Part shown: one piece after another, positions 28,759 through 42,621 of the stretch | Layout of the letters: every line of letters starts with the position of its first letter | How positions within the stretch are numbered: the stretch's first letter is position 1 | Source of the DNA: Chrysomallon squamiferum | Lineage: Eukaryota; Animalia; Mollusca | Length of the DNA stretch: 64,000 bases | Direction: 5' to 3' | NCBI GenBank assembly: GCA_012295275.1 | Contig: CM022674.1 | Location: 16,120,001-16,184,000 of the forward strand | Translations under genes and position numbers: made by a program | The notes under the pieces: model-generated | What the model was told of the DNA's origin: nothing | Database searches by the model: none | What the model saw: only the letters and a program-made list of their open reading frames with translations

Positions 28759-30548
28759 ATATTTAAAAATAAATTCTGTAGCATTGTTTGATTCACAGAA
28801 ATGTAAGAACCCACATATAAGTTGATGCTTGAATGTTATCAGTGATTTATGCATTGTTATAGTTTACTTTACATACTTAACCTACATAACTGATCAGCAA
28901 ATAACTAGACAATTTTTCATATCCTCAGTCTGTTAGGAATTTTTCTGCTTTCTTCAAAGTAAAAATAATGGAAGATATTGAGCTTTGTATTTTAAAATGT
29001 GTAAATTATGTGATTTGAAGAATAAAAAAATGTAAGTAGAAATATGATTGTACAAAATTTGTTTTTAGAATTTATATCAGTTGTTATAGAGATATCTTTT
29101 GTTAGAAATGTAAAACATACAATATATTCTGAAATTTTAGGTTAGACGTTTTAGAATATAAATTTAGAGTTTGTCAGATAACAAGCATGACTGTAGCAGC
29201 AAATTATTATTTTTTTTAAATATACTAATGAGACTGCCATGTAATTAGTAATTAATTAATAATTTAAATAAATTTTACAAGACTGTTGGATGACAAGCAT
29301 CAGTGTAACTGCACAATACACTAATGAGAATGCCATCTAGTTAACAGTACTTGATAATTTAAATTTTGTGCAGAAAGGACAGAAAACCACAAGAGCAGTG
29401 ATATGTTTATTAAGTTTGGTGCTACTCTTAGCTTCTTGTTCATGGCGTTAATTATCAGATTCTTGTGTTACCTCAGTAGAACACACCTACCATTCTACTA
29501 CAAACTTCCAGGTGAGATTTTCGGAGTTCTGCATTTAAAATATTCATTTAGTGACACAAAGAACTGTTCTAAATAGAGTCTGTATTCTTCTGAGTTACAT
29601 TTTGTAATTATATCTGGCTTCCAATCTTTATTAATAATAAAGTTTAACAAATGTACCTTCGTTTTACATTTAATTTTGGTTTTGTAGCTTCCAATCTTAA
29701 TTAATAATAAAGTAGATTAAAAAATAGAATGCAATTTAAAAGTACCTGATCACCAACATTTTTCTATGGTTGCGACATCATTATATATATATATATATAT
29801 ATAAAAGTGTTTAAGAAGTCACATATTTGCTGTTTCAGTTACTGGAAAAATGAGAGGGTTTTCACACCATTCCCCCAATGATGACATTTATGACAGACGC
29901 CTAACAGCCCCATCACTGATGTCTGTTAGGTACCGGGATTATGAACCAGGATCGAAAGTGTCCAAGAAAAGTCAGCTGCCTGTTTTAGAGAATGCTGTTA
30001 TGTCTATTGACACGATTAAAATGAGACAGAGGTGAGCTACTGCCATGGTGAATTTACAAATGCAGATATAGGATTCGTATTTTTATTTCTTTTCTTTTTT
30101 TAATTATGTTTTTACATACATACATATATTTTATTTATATTTATTAATTAGATTTTTAAGGAAACGTTTTTACATTAAAATTGTAGATTAGTCAAGATTT
30201 TCTCACAATCAAATTTTGATCATGCCTTTGCACCATTTTCAACTTGAAAGCATGAAAGCATAGTACATTCCTTAAGAATGAAAAACATATCTTTATGATG
30301 TCACACATATCTTTATGATGTCATACTTGTCATGATTCAGACTGGGAGGTGGCAGTTTTGGAGACACTCATGTAGCAGAATGGCACGACATGACTGTGGC
30401 ACTGAAACGATTAACAATTAATATCCATGACAACCAGGTGACTGATGACATCATAGAGCTGATGAAGAAAGAAGTTTGGTTTCTCAGGTGAGAGAATAAA
30501 AAAGGGAGAGATATGAATAGAGAGAGAGATATGAATAGAGACAGATGT

Positions 30549-30628
<80 letters not shown>

Positions 30629-32776
30629 ACTACATAATAACTTTCAAAATTAATAATAACTTCAAAAAGGAATTAATATTCAAAAAGATTCTTTCCCTTG
30701 CTTCATACAATTAACTTAGATTTGTTTTCTCTTTTAGTCGCCAACGTCATAAAAACATCGTTGGGGTGCTGGGACTGTGCACTGATGGCAGACATCCATG
30801 TATCATCACTGAATTTGTGAATGGCAGCTGCATAAAAGATCTTCTTAAAATGAGAGACTTCAAGCTAATATGGCCGCATCGAGTCAAAATTGTACGTCTG
30901 CAAAATAATAAAAATGTATGTCTAGCACCAGGAATAATTAATTTAAAGTCATTTTTCGAAAATCTAAATAATTGTTTATTCACTACCTAAGCTTAAGTCT
31001 ATGAAATGAATGTTTAAATAGAGCTGATAACTCTTTGCTAATAATAAAGTATAAAAGAAGCTGCAATGATGATTTTTTTTTTCTACAAAGAGATATACAA
31101 AATAGGTTTTGCCATTTTACAGTGATTTATGTAATCTTCTAAAAACAAATTTATCACTGCCTTGACAAATATTATTATTATTTTTTGTTATGCTTTATAA
31201 CTAACAAATACTGTTTTAAAAATAAATCACAATAAAACAGTAACAGATTTTTCTTCCAATAATCCTGATTTATCAGTGATTTATAACAGGTTTCTAAAAC
31301 TTTTCTGACAGCAGGTTGCAAAATATTACAGTTGTTAACAAGTCAGTGATATTTTACACAGAATTGAACTTCAGAACTAAAGACAGCTTTTGTTGGCTGA
31401 ACACAAAGGTTGTTGAATGTGGCTGTGTTAAATCAAATGTTTGCTGTTTTATTTTGCAGTGTTCTGATGTAGCTAATGGCATAGCCTTTCTTCATTCGAC
31501 AAAACCTCCGATCATTCATCGAGATCTCCGCTGTGGAAACCTCTTTCTTCTCCACAATGATACTGCTAAGGTACCAAAACTAATTATTGTTATTATTATT
31601 ATTATTATTATTATTTTTTTTTTTTTTTAATCCTGGTTGTTTAAAGATACAGCTACGGTATTGAAATTAATTTTTTTTTTTTATTCTCAATTATTTGAAG
31701 ATAAAGAATCAATAAACACTAACACATTTTAGTTGTTAGACAGAAGGATGTGTAGACTAGAGGTAAAGCTCTCATATGGAATGCATTAATGACTGGTCCC
31801 TGTTAGTAGTAACTCTTTTGGGGGCATTTTCCCAATCCAACCAATTCTGTTTCCAGGTCAGACAGTGCTCTGTTATTGTTGGATCATAGGCCAAGTAGTT
31901 TTAGTGAAAGTGCAGATAAAAGATCCCTCGTAATTTATTTCCAGCAATTAAATAAAATAAAATAAAATTTTATAAAATTTCAGGTTGCTGATTTTGGACT
32001 GACAAAAATGATACAGCCACTAAGACAGAACTGTACAAAGGAAGACTGCTGCTGTGAGTTTTACCCACAATTACTTGAAACAAAAATGGCAGACATTATT
32101 GTTATGAACAAGAGTCAGTAACTGAACAATAAATAGAAATTATTGAATTTGTATCAGTCTGTTCCCATTTCTGTGAGAAAAACATGGATCTAGAAGACCA
32201 AGATTTTATTTCAAAAGGAAAATAAACTTTTAACTTGGTATTGGTGAATCTTTATGTGAATATTTTAATGCAAAATGAGAGATTTAATATAAAAATAAAA
32301 ATCTTATACATATAATGATTATTTATATAAAGTACTTATAATGATAATAAATAAATAAATAAATAAATAAAGAAAGAAAAAATTAAATAAAGAAAATATA
32401 TTTTTATACTTTACCCATAATGCCTTTTAAGAACTATGGTAGACAATATTATGAGTTTTTCTTGGCAGAGTTATCTCCCATTATCAAAGCTGTAGACTGA
32501 TATAAAACCATTTAAAATGTTCTGTTGTTAATATGTTCTAGTAGTTTATTAATATAACTGAATAAGGGTACATATTTGAGCATTAATGTTTGTAAGTATA
32601 AATATGAGATTATAACTGCATATGTTAATGTATGTATAGTTTTTGTATACATGTGTATGTGTATATGTGAGTGTGTGTGTGTGTATATATATGTGTGTGT
32701 GACTGTCCATTTATGTTTAAGTAGGTGTGTATGTGTTTATATGTATGTGTGTGTATGTGTGTATGTGTGTGTGGAC

Positions 32777-32807
<31 letters not shown>

Positions 32808-33477
32808 GTCTGTTTCCATTTCTTTATGGAAAACATGGAAGTAGAACATATGTGTCTGTGTATGTACGTATGTATATAATCTTAAAATATTCATTTAAAA
32901 ATAACAATAAAAGAAACATAAAATTTAATCTCAACAGCTATTAAGTTTTAGAATAGTTACTAAATGGATTGTACAAAGACACAAGTAACTTTACAGGTCG
33001 TCGTAACTACAGTGCATGTCCAGCCAACATTTGCTGGACAGCTCCAGAAATACTGCAGAACCCCACTGTACTCGAGGATGACGCAGTGATCACAACGGCA
33101 GCCGATGTTTACTCGTTTGGACTTGTAATGTGGGAGCTGTTTGTCTGTGAAGACCCATTTGAAGACATTGTCACAGAGGAAGAGGTAATTTGATGTGATT
33201 TTTGTGTGTGTGTGTCACTGTGTGTGTGATGATGTGTGTGTGTGTGTGTGTGGTGTGTGTGTGTGTGTATGTGTGTGTGTGTGTGTTAAGACCTGTTTGA
33301 AGAGATCGCCACAGAGGAAGGGGTAGTTTGATGTGATTTGTTTGTGTATATGTTTGTGTGTTTGAGTTTGTGTGTGTGTGTGTGTGTGTGTGTTTTTTGT
33401 GTGTTTGTGTGTTTGAGTGTGGATGTGTTTGGAAGGAGGAAGAGGTAATTTGATACAATTTGTTGTTTGTGTGTGTT

Positions 33478-33563
<86 letters not shown>

Positions 33564-34605
33564 GTGTGTTTGTTTGTGTGTGTGTTAAGACCAGTTTGAA
33601 GATACCACCACATAGCAAGATGTAGTGTGATACAATCTGTTATTTGTGTGTGTATTTGTGTATATATGCTTGAGTGTGCATGTGTGTATTTATGTGTGCA
33701 ATATATGTGTGGGTGTTAATGTGTCTGCATGTATCTGTGTACAAATGTATTTGAGTTGATATATTAATATATTTCTCTGTAAAGGTACTTATATTAGTAT
33801 CCAAATGCACGTATAAATAAGTTTATTTACATGCACTTGTTTCTGTGTGTGTGTGAATTCAAGCCGTCTGTGTGTGTGTGTGTGTGCTTGTGAGCGTTGG
33901 TGTACAAACACACATTAGTATGTACACACCTGTGATATGTTGATGTGTGTGTTAAACAACAGCAGTGTGTTTACAGGTGATAGAGCTGGTGAATCGTGGA
34001 AGCAGGCCGCGGCTGAACAGTGTAACAAACATGATGCCGCAGTACAAAGATCTCATGCAGAGTTGCTGGTCACAGCACTCAAAGGACAGGCCAACCATTA
34101 AAAAGGTGAGTGATCTCCCCTTAACAGCCCTCCAAGAAAAAAAAAAAAAAAAAAAAAACCCAAAACATCTAATATTAATTACAATTTAAATATGACTAAG
34201 AATAATTGCTCCATCAAAAAAACAAAACAGAACGAAACAAAGCTATATATATCTGTACCTCTCTGTGTATCTTTCTCCCTCTCTAATTAATTAAATAAAT
34301 AAATCAATTAAAAAAAAAAAAAAAATATAGACAAAAATGAAACAAAACAAAGACATTAGAATTAAACAAATGATATATTAATAAATAAAAGTTGTTACTG
34401 TACAAATGATGGGCGATATCACACTGCAATCATTTGCCAGTAACTAACAGTTATAATATACTTAAATATCTACGTAAATGTCATACACAAAATAACCTGC
34501 CACTATTTCTTCCCTTTTTATTTACAGGTTGTTCAGACCTTGAAGAATGTACAAAATCAGTCTGGATCATTTCAGAAAATAATTGACAGAAAAATTGAAG
34601 CGTGA
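24040..34605 (+). CDS. Single-pass receptor protein kinase (TKL/TK-like) with M6P-receptor/ATG27-like ectodomain; whole gene model
   Basis: Exons: 24040-24215, 25632-~25717, 26949 or 26954-27057, 27420-27480, 29374-29511, 29839-30031, 30341-30487, 30738-30891, 31460-31570, 31984-32053, 32997-33184, 33977-34105, 34528-34605 (TGA). From 26954 to the stop every junction is GT-AG and in frame; the first two junctions are unresolved. Confidence 0.75.
29374..30031 (+). CDS. Transmembrane and juxtamembrane exons of the receptor kinase
   Basis: Exon 29374-29511 (phase 1-1) contains MFIKFGATLSFLFMALIIRFLCYL. Exon 29839-30031 (phase 1-2) reads VTGKMRG..DIYDRR..YRDYEPG..IKMRQR and leads straight into kinase subdomain I. 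Confidence 0.8.
30341..34605 (+). CDS. Protein kinase domain (7 exons), catalytic residues intact
   Basis: LGGGSFG, VALK, KKEV (alphaC Glu), HKNIV, ITEFV, PPIIHRDLRCGN, KVADFG, WTAPE, DVYSFG..WEL, SCW..DRP. All exon lengths and phases checked consistent. Confidence 0.95.
33151..33640 (+). repeat. Tandem partial copies of a kinase exon 3' end and donor, separated by (GT)n
   Basis: aagacccatttgaagacattgtcacagaggaagaggtaatttgatgtgattt (33151) recurs in diverged form at ~33288, ~33432 (partial) and ~33587. Confidence 0.8.
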
Positions 34606-35755
34606 AGACAAACAAATAATTAACTTTAATGGTAAGGCCAAGCTGAAGTTCTTGTTCGACATGTTAACAACATGTGGAACTGATTGTAAACACTTTGGAC
34701 AAAATTGCTGATTAAGAAACTACAGGTTTAAAATTGTTAGTTTAACTTACATGGTTGTATTTTGTTTTCTTACTGTTTCGAAATGATTTTTATAAAAGTT
34801 GTGAATCAGAACATTTGTTTTTCTTCTTTTATTATAGAAACAATAATACACTTTTTTTTTTAATTATTTTATTCTACATTAATTTGCTAAGTGCATTTAA
34901 CTATTTCTTCAGAAAAGTAGTCTAAAAGCTTTTATTATATTTATTTTTGGTGATACAAAGAAATAGTCTGCATATTTCCTAATTCTATTTTATTTATTTC
35001 ATATTTTTTGCTGTCCAATCTTAATTAATAATTAAGTATAACAACATAACACAGGGTGTTATAATTGGTTTGAAATACATATTCATTTCTAACATTATTT
35101 CATATTATTTTATTGTCATACTTTGTTAGATGCAGTGATAGATGAACCAAAACAATAAATTAATAACATATAAATATACAGAATGTATGTTTCAGTGTAT
35201 TCATGTATGAATATATATATACTTTATGTCTGTTTTTATGTGCAAACTAATATATTTTTTGACTGTTTATTTGTAATTATATGTATCAAATGTTTTGCAC
35301 CAGCGGGTAAAATCTTTATATAAATTCCTTTGATCAGATGTATATTTAATTGGACATGATTTGTTTAATATTGTCATTATACAATTAATTACGATCACTG
35401 TATTATGCATTTGTACACAATAATTATTAACATGTATATTATAATACTATTACTTTATCAGTGGCTGTGTTATAATATCTGTATGTATTTATACCATTTT
35501 AAACAAACAACCTAAAAGCCACAATATTCTTAAAATAAAAGTTTTCTGTCACACGCAAGATTTATATTACCAAAGATGTTTATAATTACGTGTGATAATT
35601 TTGAGTGTACTGGAAATAAGATTATTTTGCTGTCATTTGTTGCAATGTTCTGCAAGAATTCATTGAACGAAATCAGTGTAATCAGTGAATGGAGTTACAT
35701 TGAAAATGTTCTTTAGAAAATTACATCATGTGAATCCTCATTTTGTGTACAGGTC

Positions 35756-35793
<38 letters not shown>

Positions 35794-35794
35794 G

Positions 35795-35856
<62 letters not shown>

Positions 35857-36309
35857 GTATGTATGTATGTATGTATGTATGTATGTATGTATGTATGTGT
35901 ATGTGTGTCTGTATATGTGTGTATATGTATCCTTTAGTGCCTATATGTATATGTTTGTAAGTATACATGTGTGTCAATACTTGTGCATATCTATGTATGT
36001 TTGCCTTCACAAATAACTTGTATCCGTGATTCCAGATACCTATCAATATAATATATTCCAAAAAAACCACCATATATATATAATTTATTTTTGAAGAATA
36101 ACTTTACAGTTGTTATTAAACCTGTTTTTGAATATGTTAAAACAACTCTTTCTCATTTCTTTATATTTGCAGTATGTATACAAAATCCCACTTAAATTAT
36201 TTTAATGACTTGTATTGTGTTCATCTTTTCTGTATATGCTCATAAACACACACACACACAAGTATACGGACTACAAACATACATACATACATACATACAT
36301 ACATACATA

Positions 36310-36888
36310 CCGTATATACATGTGTACAAGGCGACCTTATGTATAAGTCGATGTGTATTTTAAGACCAAAAATTGCGTCATTTTAGGTATTACTTGTGTA
36401 TAAGTCGACTGTAGATTCCAGGCACCGTCACTATTTTTAGACAAGTGTGACAGTGCTATGAAGGCCTACATTGTACGCCTACTGTAACATAACTTGCACG
36501 AGCTGTAACTTGCACGAACATACCATAATAACGTAAATGCATGTATTACACGAGCTATAGCCTAAATCATTGCAAGACGCCGTAAGGCATAACGCCGTAC
36601 TGACGGTTTTCTCGCTTTAAAATGTATTTTTATGTCATTAAACGGAAGAATATCATGTTTTACATTCATATTTGGTTTTGTTATTTAATTTTTCAAAAAT
36701 TTTTATACGATAAAATTATATTTTTGAAAAGCTGAAAGACCGCGATTATAACATCTCGTAGCAAAAATAGTCAAAATGGCGACTCTTCAGCAACAGCTAC
36801 AAAAGCATCACCTATGTATAAGTCGACCCCCAAAATATTACCTTAATATAGTCTCCCAAAAATTCGACTTATACACAAGTATATACGG
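36310..36888. mobile_element. Non-autonomous Tc1/mariner-superfamily (pogo/Tc2-like) MITE, 579 bp
   Basis: TA at 36308-36309 and 36889-36890. 25-bp TIRs CCGTATATACATGTGTACAAGGCGA and (reverse complement) CCGTATATACTTGTGTATAAGTCGA, 3 mismatches. Internal gtataagtcga repeats at ~36341, ~36397 and ~36816. Confidence 0.9.
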
Positions 36889-36989
36889 TACATGCACTTA
36901 CATACTGCTGTTACTAAAATGTTCTGAAATGAAGAAAGTTGTAATACATTTTTATTTGTCTTTTTTTTCAGTTAACATTTGATCATTCA

Positions 36990-37560
36990 AAATTTGTTAT
37001 ATTTTACATTTGAATATTCAGAAAAAACAAACAAATACGTAATAAATATTTTGCTTTTCCGCATTCCTAATTGTTACAAAAGTTACTTTAATTTGTATAT
37101 TCATAATATATTAGCATAATACTTTAATTTGCACATTCATAATATTTTAGTATAACAATTGCTTTTATTTCCCTATTCACGACAGATTACTGTTACAATA
37201 TTTTTACATTAGCAGATTCATAACACATTATTAAACCACTAAAGGGAAAAAACTGAACTGTGATAAAACTAGATGAAATCCAGGCTTTGTGTTTAGCCAT
37301 AACACAGTCATTGTGAGTGTTCAGCTTATTCCTAATTTGTTATGATAATTATTATTTTACATTTTTGTATTGAAAATAATTATGATTTAACAATTATTTT
37401 ACATACATGCATTTTAAATTAAATGTAATTTGTTATTATTAATATCATTTTTCATTTTCATATAGGTAATAATTATTCTACATTTTAAATTAAATTTGTT
37501 ATTATAATTAGTATTTTATATTTGCTTATTAATAATAATTATGTTTAATAATGATTAATT
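36990..37560. repeat. Degenerate ~35-bp AT-rich tandem repeat
   Basis: actttaatttgtatattcataatatattagcataat is followed by actttaatttgcacattcataatattttagtataac and by more diverged tttacattt..tattcataat units. Confidence 0.55.
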
Positions 37561-37700
37561 TTAATTTAAATGTTTGCAATTAATTATCAGTGAAATTAAT
37601 TTCTAAATTTACTCGAATAGGGTGCCCAGGACAGGCATGATTGAACATTGAGAATGAAAAATCATTCCAAACTGTTTGCTCATTATCCTTTTAATAATTT
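37411..37700. repeat. Local duplication, second copy at ~54553-54891
   Basis: Shared attttaaattaaatgtaatttgttattattaata..cccag(g/c)acaggcatgattga..cattgagaatgaa..ttttaataattt in direct orientation. Confidence 0.85.
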
Positions 37701-37981
37701 GTCAAATATCTTCGATTTGTTTGTTAACCATTTTAAAAAAAAAAATAATAAATCTGTTGTAAATCAGTTAATAATCATGATTTTTGTGAATAAAAAATCT
37801 TTTTAACTTTTGAATCAATTGTTACTTGTTTTATTAATAACCAATGGAAAGAAAGTGAAACTAGTGTAAAATAAAAATATTTATTCACAATAGTTGTGAA
37901 TTTATTTCAAACAGAGTGAATATATAACTTTTTCTGTGAATTCAGTGTAAACAATACGACAGCTATATATATGTGTGTGTC

Positions 37982-38019
<38 letters not shown>

Positions 38020-38509
38020 CACACACACACACATTTACTATAATAACACATTTACTTTTCTTCCTACTACTGTGCCCGTTTGTTTATTCCACGTAAAAGT
38101 GTTTCAGTAGATAACACGCAATTTTTTTTTTTTTTTTTATGCCTTCTTAATTTAATTAGAAAAACCCTTACATATGATAGAGTTAAAAGTAAATTTAAAA
38201 TATTTATTTCATATCAGTTTTACTTTTGAGGTACAACAGTATTATAATTTTATTCAACATTGTTGATAACCCACCCATTATGTTTTTGACTTTATCCTCA
38301 AATCATCTTTCAGAAACATGACAGACTCACAAAACTGACTGACATTTTAACCAGCTCTCAGTGATAATGCATTCAGCTAAACCAGTGACCTAGAACAAAC
38401 TGCTTTTTAGAAGAAAGTACATAAAGAAGATGAAACTTGAGAGATGGATGTGTTAGTCACGTGAAATATATTCTGAATGTAGGTAAAACAAATTGTACCA
38501 GAACATCAA

Positions 38510-38617
<108 letters not shown>

Positions 38618-39975
38618 AAAACAGTGTCTATTAGTAGTACTCTGAAATCTAAACAAAGTAGTAAATTTAAAATATTTATTTCATATGAGTTTTACTTTTG
38701 AAATACAGTAGTGTTATAAATGTATTCAACATTGTTGATAATCCACCCAATATCTTTCTGACTTTAACCTGAAATAAGCTTTCAGAAACATGACACCCTC
38801 ATTTTCGCCAAGTCACAGTGATAATGTATTAGCTAAACCAGTGATTCAGCTAAACCAATGTTTGATTCACAGAGCTGGTTCTTGTTGGTTCTTTATTTAT
38901 TTCACAGTATACAATCAATTCGTATTTTTATGTTATTGTTTCAAATTTTGTCAGGATGCGATGGCGAATGATTTGGGTCACTACTGCTGGTAAGGAAAAA
39001 AATGTCTCAAATGGTTTAATGGTATTTATCATCGATAACTGTGTTCCGAATCTCGGATGATTTGCGATTTTAAAATCATAAAAATGGCCATCTGATTTAT
39101 TTTTCCAAAAAATATTTAGTTTCCAGTAGCTTTTTATCCAATGTGTTATAAAGAATGTCTGCTTTAGAAAAAAGTGTTATTATTTTAATTTTACTTTTAT
39201 TCTTCAGTTATTTTTTCTTCAGTTAATTTTTTTGGCAGTTTTCCTTAAAATGTTTGTTTTTTGTTGATGTTTTTTTAAATATAATTTTAACAGACAGTAT
39301 AATAACACATTTACTTTTCTTCCTACGACTGTGCCCGTGTGTTCATTCTACTTTAAAGTGTTTCAGCAGATTAGACGTAAGATTTTAATTTTTTTACTTA
39401 AGGCTACTTAATTTAATTCGAAAAACCCTTTACTATGGGAGAAGTAAAAGTAAATTTAAAATATTTATTTCAAATCAGTTTTACTTTAGAAGTACAGTAC
39501 TATTATAATTTTATTCAACATTGTTGATATTCCACACAATATCTTTCTGACTTTAACCTGAAATAAGCTTTCAGAAACATGACACTCTTCGGAAATTGAA
39601 TGACATTTTCGCCAAGTCACAGTGATAATGAATTATCTAAACCAGTGACCTAAAACAAACTGCCCTTAGTACATAGTTCACAGTATACAATCAATTCGTA
39701 TTTTTATCTTATTTCATGAAATGTGATCAAGATGCTGCAAACATGCTAATTGTATTCTTTACCTCGTTAAACACGGTCATCTCGGCGTTGTATCGCTAAA
39801 GTGTCATGGCGGACCAAAATTCCTGTCCTCTGACTTATATTTGAGTATGGATGATATTGGCTTTCTTTATTCACTTCTTTGTGTTAGTTTATTTATTTAT
39901 TCATTATTTATTATTTATTTATTTATTTATTTTACTTTTATTCTTCAGTTAATTTTTGTGACGGTTTTGATTAAA

Positions 39976-40016
<41 letters not shown>

Positions 40017-40494
40017 AACAGTCAATATAATAACAGATTTACGTTTCTTCCTACTACTGTGCCCGTTTGATAATTCCACCTTAAGGTGTTTCAGAAGATT
40101 AGATGTAAAATTTGTATTTTATTACATAGGCCTACTTTATTTAATTATAACAAATCTTAGAGATAAGAGAAGTAAAAGTAATTTTAAATATTTATTTCAT
40201 ATCAGTTTTGATTTTGAAATACAGTACTATTATAATTTTATTCATCATTGTTGATAATCCACCAGTATCTTTCTGACTTTAACCTGAAATCAGGTTTCAG
40301 AAACATGACACACTCAGAAAACTGACTGACATTTCAACAATGTCACAGTGATAAGGTATTCAGCTAAACCAGTGACCTAGAACAAACCGTCTTGATAAGA
40401 AACTACATAAAGAAGATGAAACTTGAGAGATAGATCTGTTAGTCACGTGAATTTTATTCTGAATGCAGGTAAAAAAATTGTACCAGAACATCAA

Positions 40495-40590
<96 letters not shown>

Positions 40591-40919
40591 ACAGTGTCTG
40601 CCCGGAGCACTCTGAAAGCTACACAAAGTAGCTCATTGCTGGGTGATTAACAGAGCGAGGAGGTGGCGAATAAATTGTGTCACTTCTGCTCGTAAGGAAA
40701 ACTTATACTGTATTGTTTTTTGTAGTTTCTGTTGGTTCTTTATTTATTTCACAGTATACAATTCGTATTTTTAATCTGATTGTTCGAAATTTAATCAAGA
40801 TGCTCCAAACATGCTAATTGTATTCTTTACCTCGTGAAACACGGTCGTCTCGGCGATGTATCGCTAAAGTGTCATGGCGGACCAAAATTCCTGTTATATG
40901 ACTTGTGTTTGAGCAAAAC

Positions 40920-41280
40920 TTTTGCAAATTATGATCAGACTCATTATAAACTTTAAGTAATACTCGCCCTAACTGTAACTCTGATATTGACCCTAGCTCA
41001 AACTTATAAACCTAATCCTACCCAAGTCCAAACATTAAATCTTACCCTAACGCTACTTTTAATCACGACCCTCCCTTTTTTTACGCATTATCATAACACT
41101 CATAATAAAATTTAAATAACCCTAACCCTAACCGTAATCCTAACCCTGAATCTATCCCTAACTCTAAACCTAACCCTAACGAAGTCATTAAACTTAATTC
41201 TAATGCAATAATTTTGCACATTAAATAACCCCTGCTGTAATCCTAACCCTAACCCTAACCCAGCCTCTATCCCTAATATA
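40920..41280 (+). repeat. Degenerate telomere-like (CCCTAA)-rich block
   Basis: taaccctaaccctaaccgtaatcctaaccc variants, with spacer sequences shared with the 54890-56510 block. Confidence 0.8.
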
Positions 41281-42509
41281 CTTTGGCATTTTAGTTTTGG
41301 TAAGTGGCGTTCTAAAATATTTTATTATGATAAAGTGTCACAGCAAGTTTTCATTTATGATTGTTATGCACTCAAGAAGTTTATATTTTCATTTTCAGTA
41401 TATCATATTAATAAAATGTATTTGATTGGTTGTGTATGTCACATGATCGTAGGATTATCGTTGAAGGCTTTTATGTTGGGACTAATAACTGGGAAATTAA
41501 TTAATATTCTAGTATGAACAGTTGAACCTCTACCAGTTGCTTTGTTTAAACTTAAGTAAGTATTTTAATGAAAACGGATCTCTGTCTCATTATTAACAGT
41601 TTAACTTAGTGAAGTCAACTACAAATAAATAGATAAAAGATACACCTTCATTTCACAAGCAAAAAAAGGTATGACAGAGTATGTTTATTTGTTCACGATG
41701 CAATTCATAAATTCTTCTCAATGGTTTTTATACAAGAGTAAACTGTGTAATAACTGGGAAGATCTTTGCATTCTGGGTAAAAGACGTAATTACCACTTCA
41801 CGGATACCATAGAAACTTATCGAGTTTTAATACATTAACCGTGGATCAGTGGTTAGAATGGAAGAATATCAATTACGACAGCGATATGGAGCTACGAAAA
41901 AGAATAAAATAAAAAGAAATATGTAGGCAAACCGCCTGTTAATAATCATCTTTTCTTTTCCTTCATTATTTAGCACGAAAAAGTCTCTTAGATATGGTAA
42001 TTTTTCTGACAGTTTTGCTTAAAATGTTTATTTTTTATATATATAATTTTAACTGTCAATATAATAACACATTGACCTTTCTGCCTACTAGTGTGCCCGT
42101 TTGTGTATTCCTCTTTAAAGTGTTTCAGTACATTAGACGTCAATTTGTTTATATTTTTACACTTAGGTCTACTTAATTTAATTCGAAAAATATTTATTTC
42201 ATATCAATGTTACTTTTGAAGTATAGTAGTATTGTAATTTTATTGAGCCTTGTTGATAATCCACTTATTATGTTTCTGACTTTAACCCGAAATCAGCATT
42301 CAGAAACATGATACACTTACAAAACTCACTGATATTTTAACCGAGTCTCAGTGATAAAGTATTCAGATAAAACAGTGACCTAGAACAAACTGTTTTCAGA
42401 ACAATGTACATAAACAAGATTAAACTTGAGAGGTCGGCGTGTTAGCCACGTGAATTATATTCCGAATGTAGTTAAAAAAATTGTACCAGAAAATCAAAAT
42501 AACAATAAC

Positions 42510-42621
<112 letters not shown>

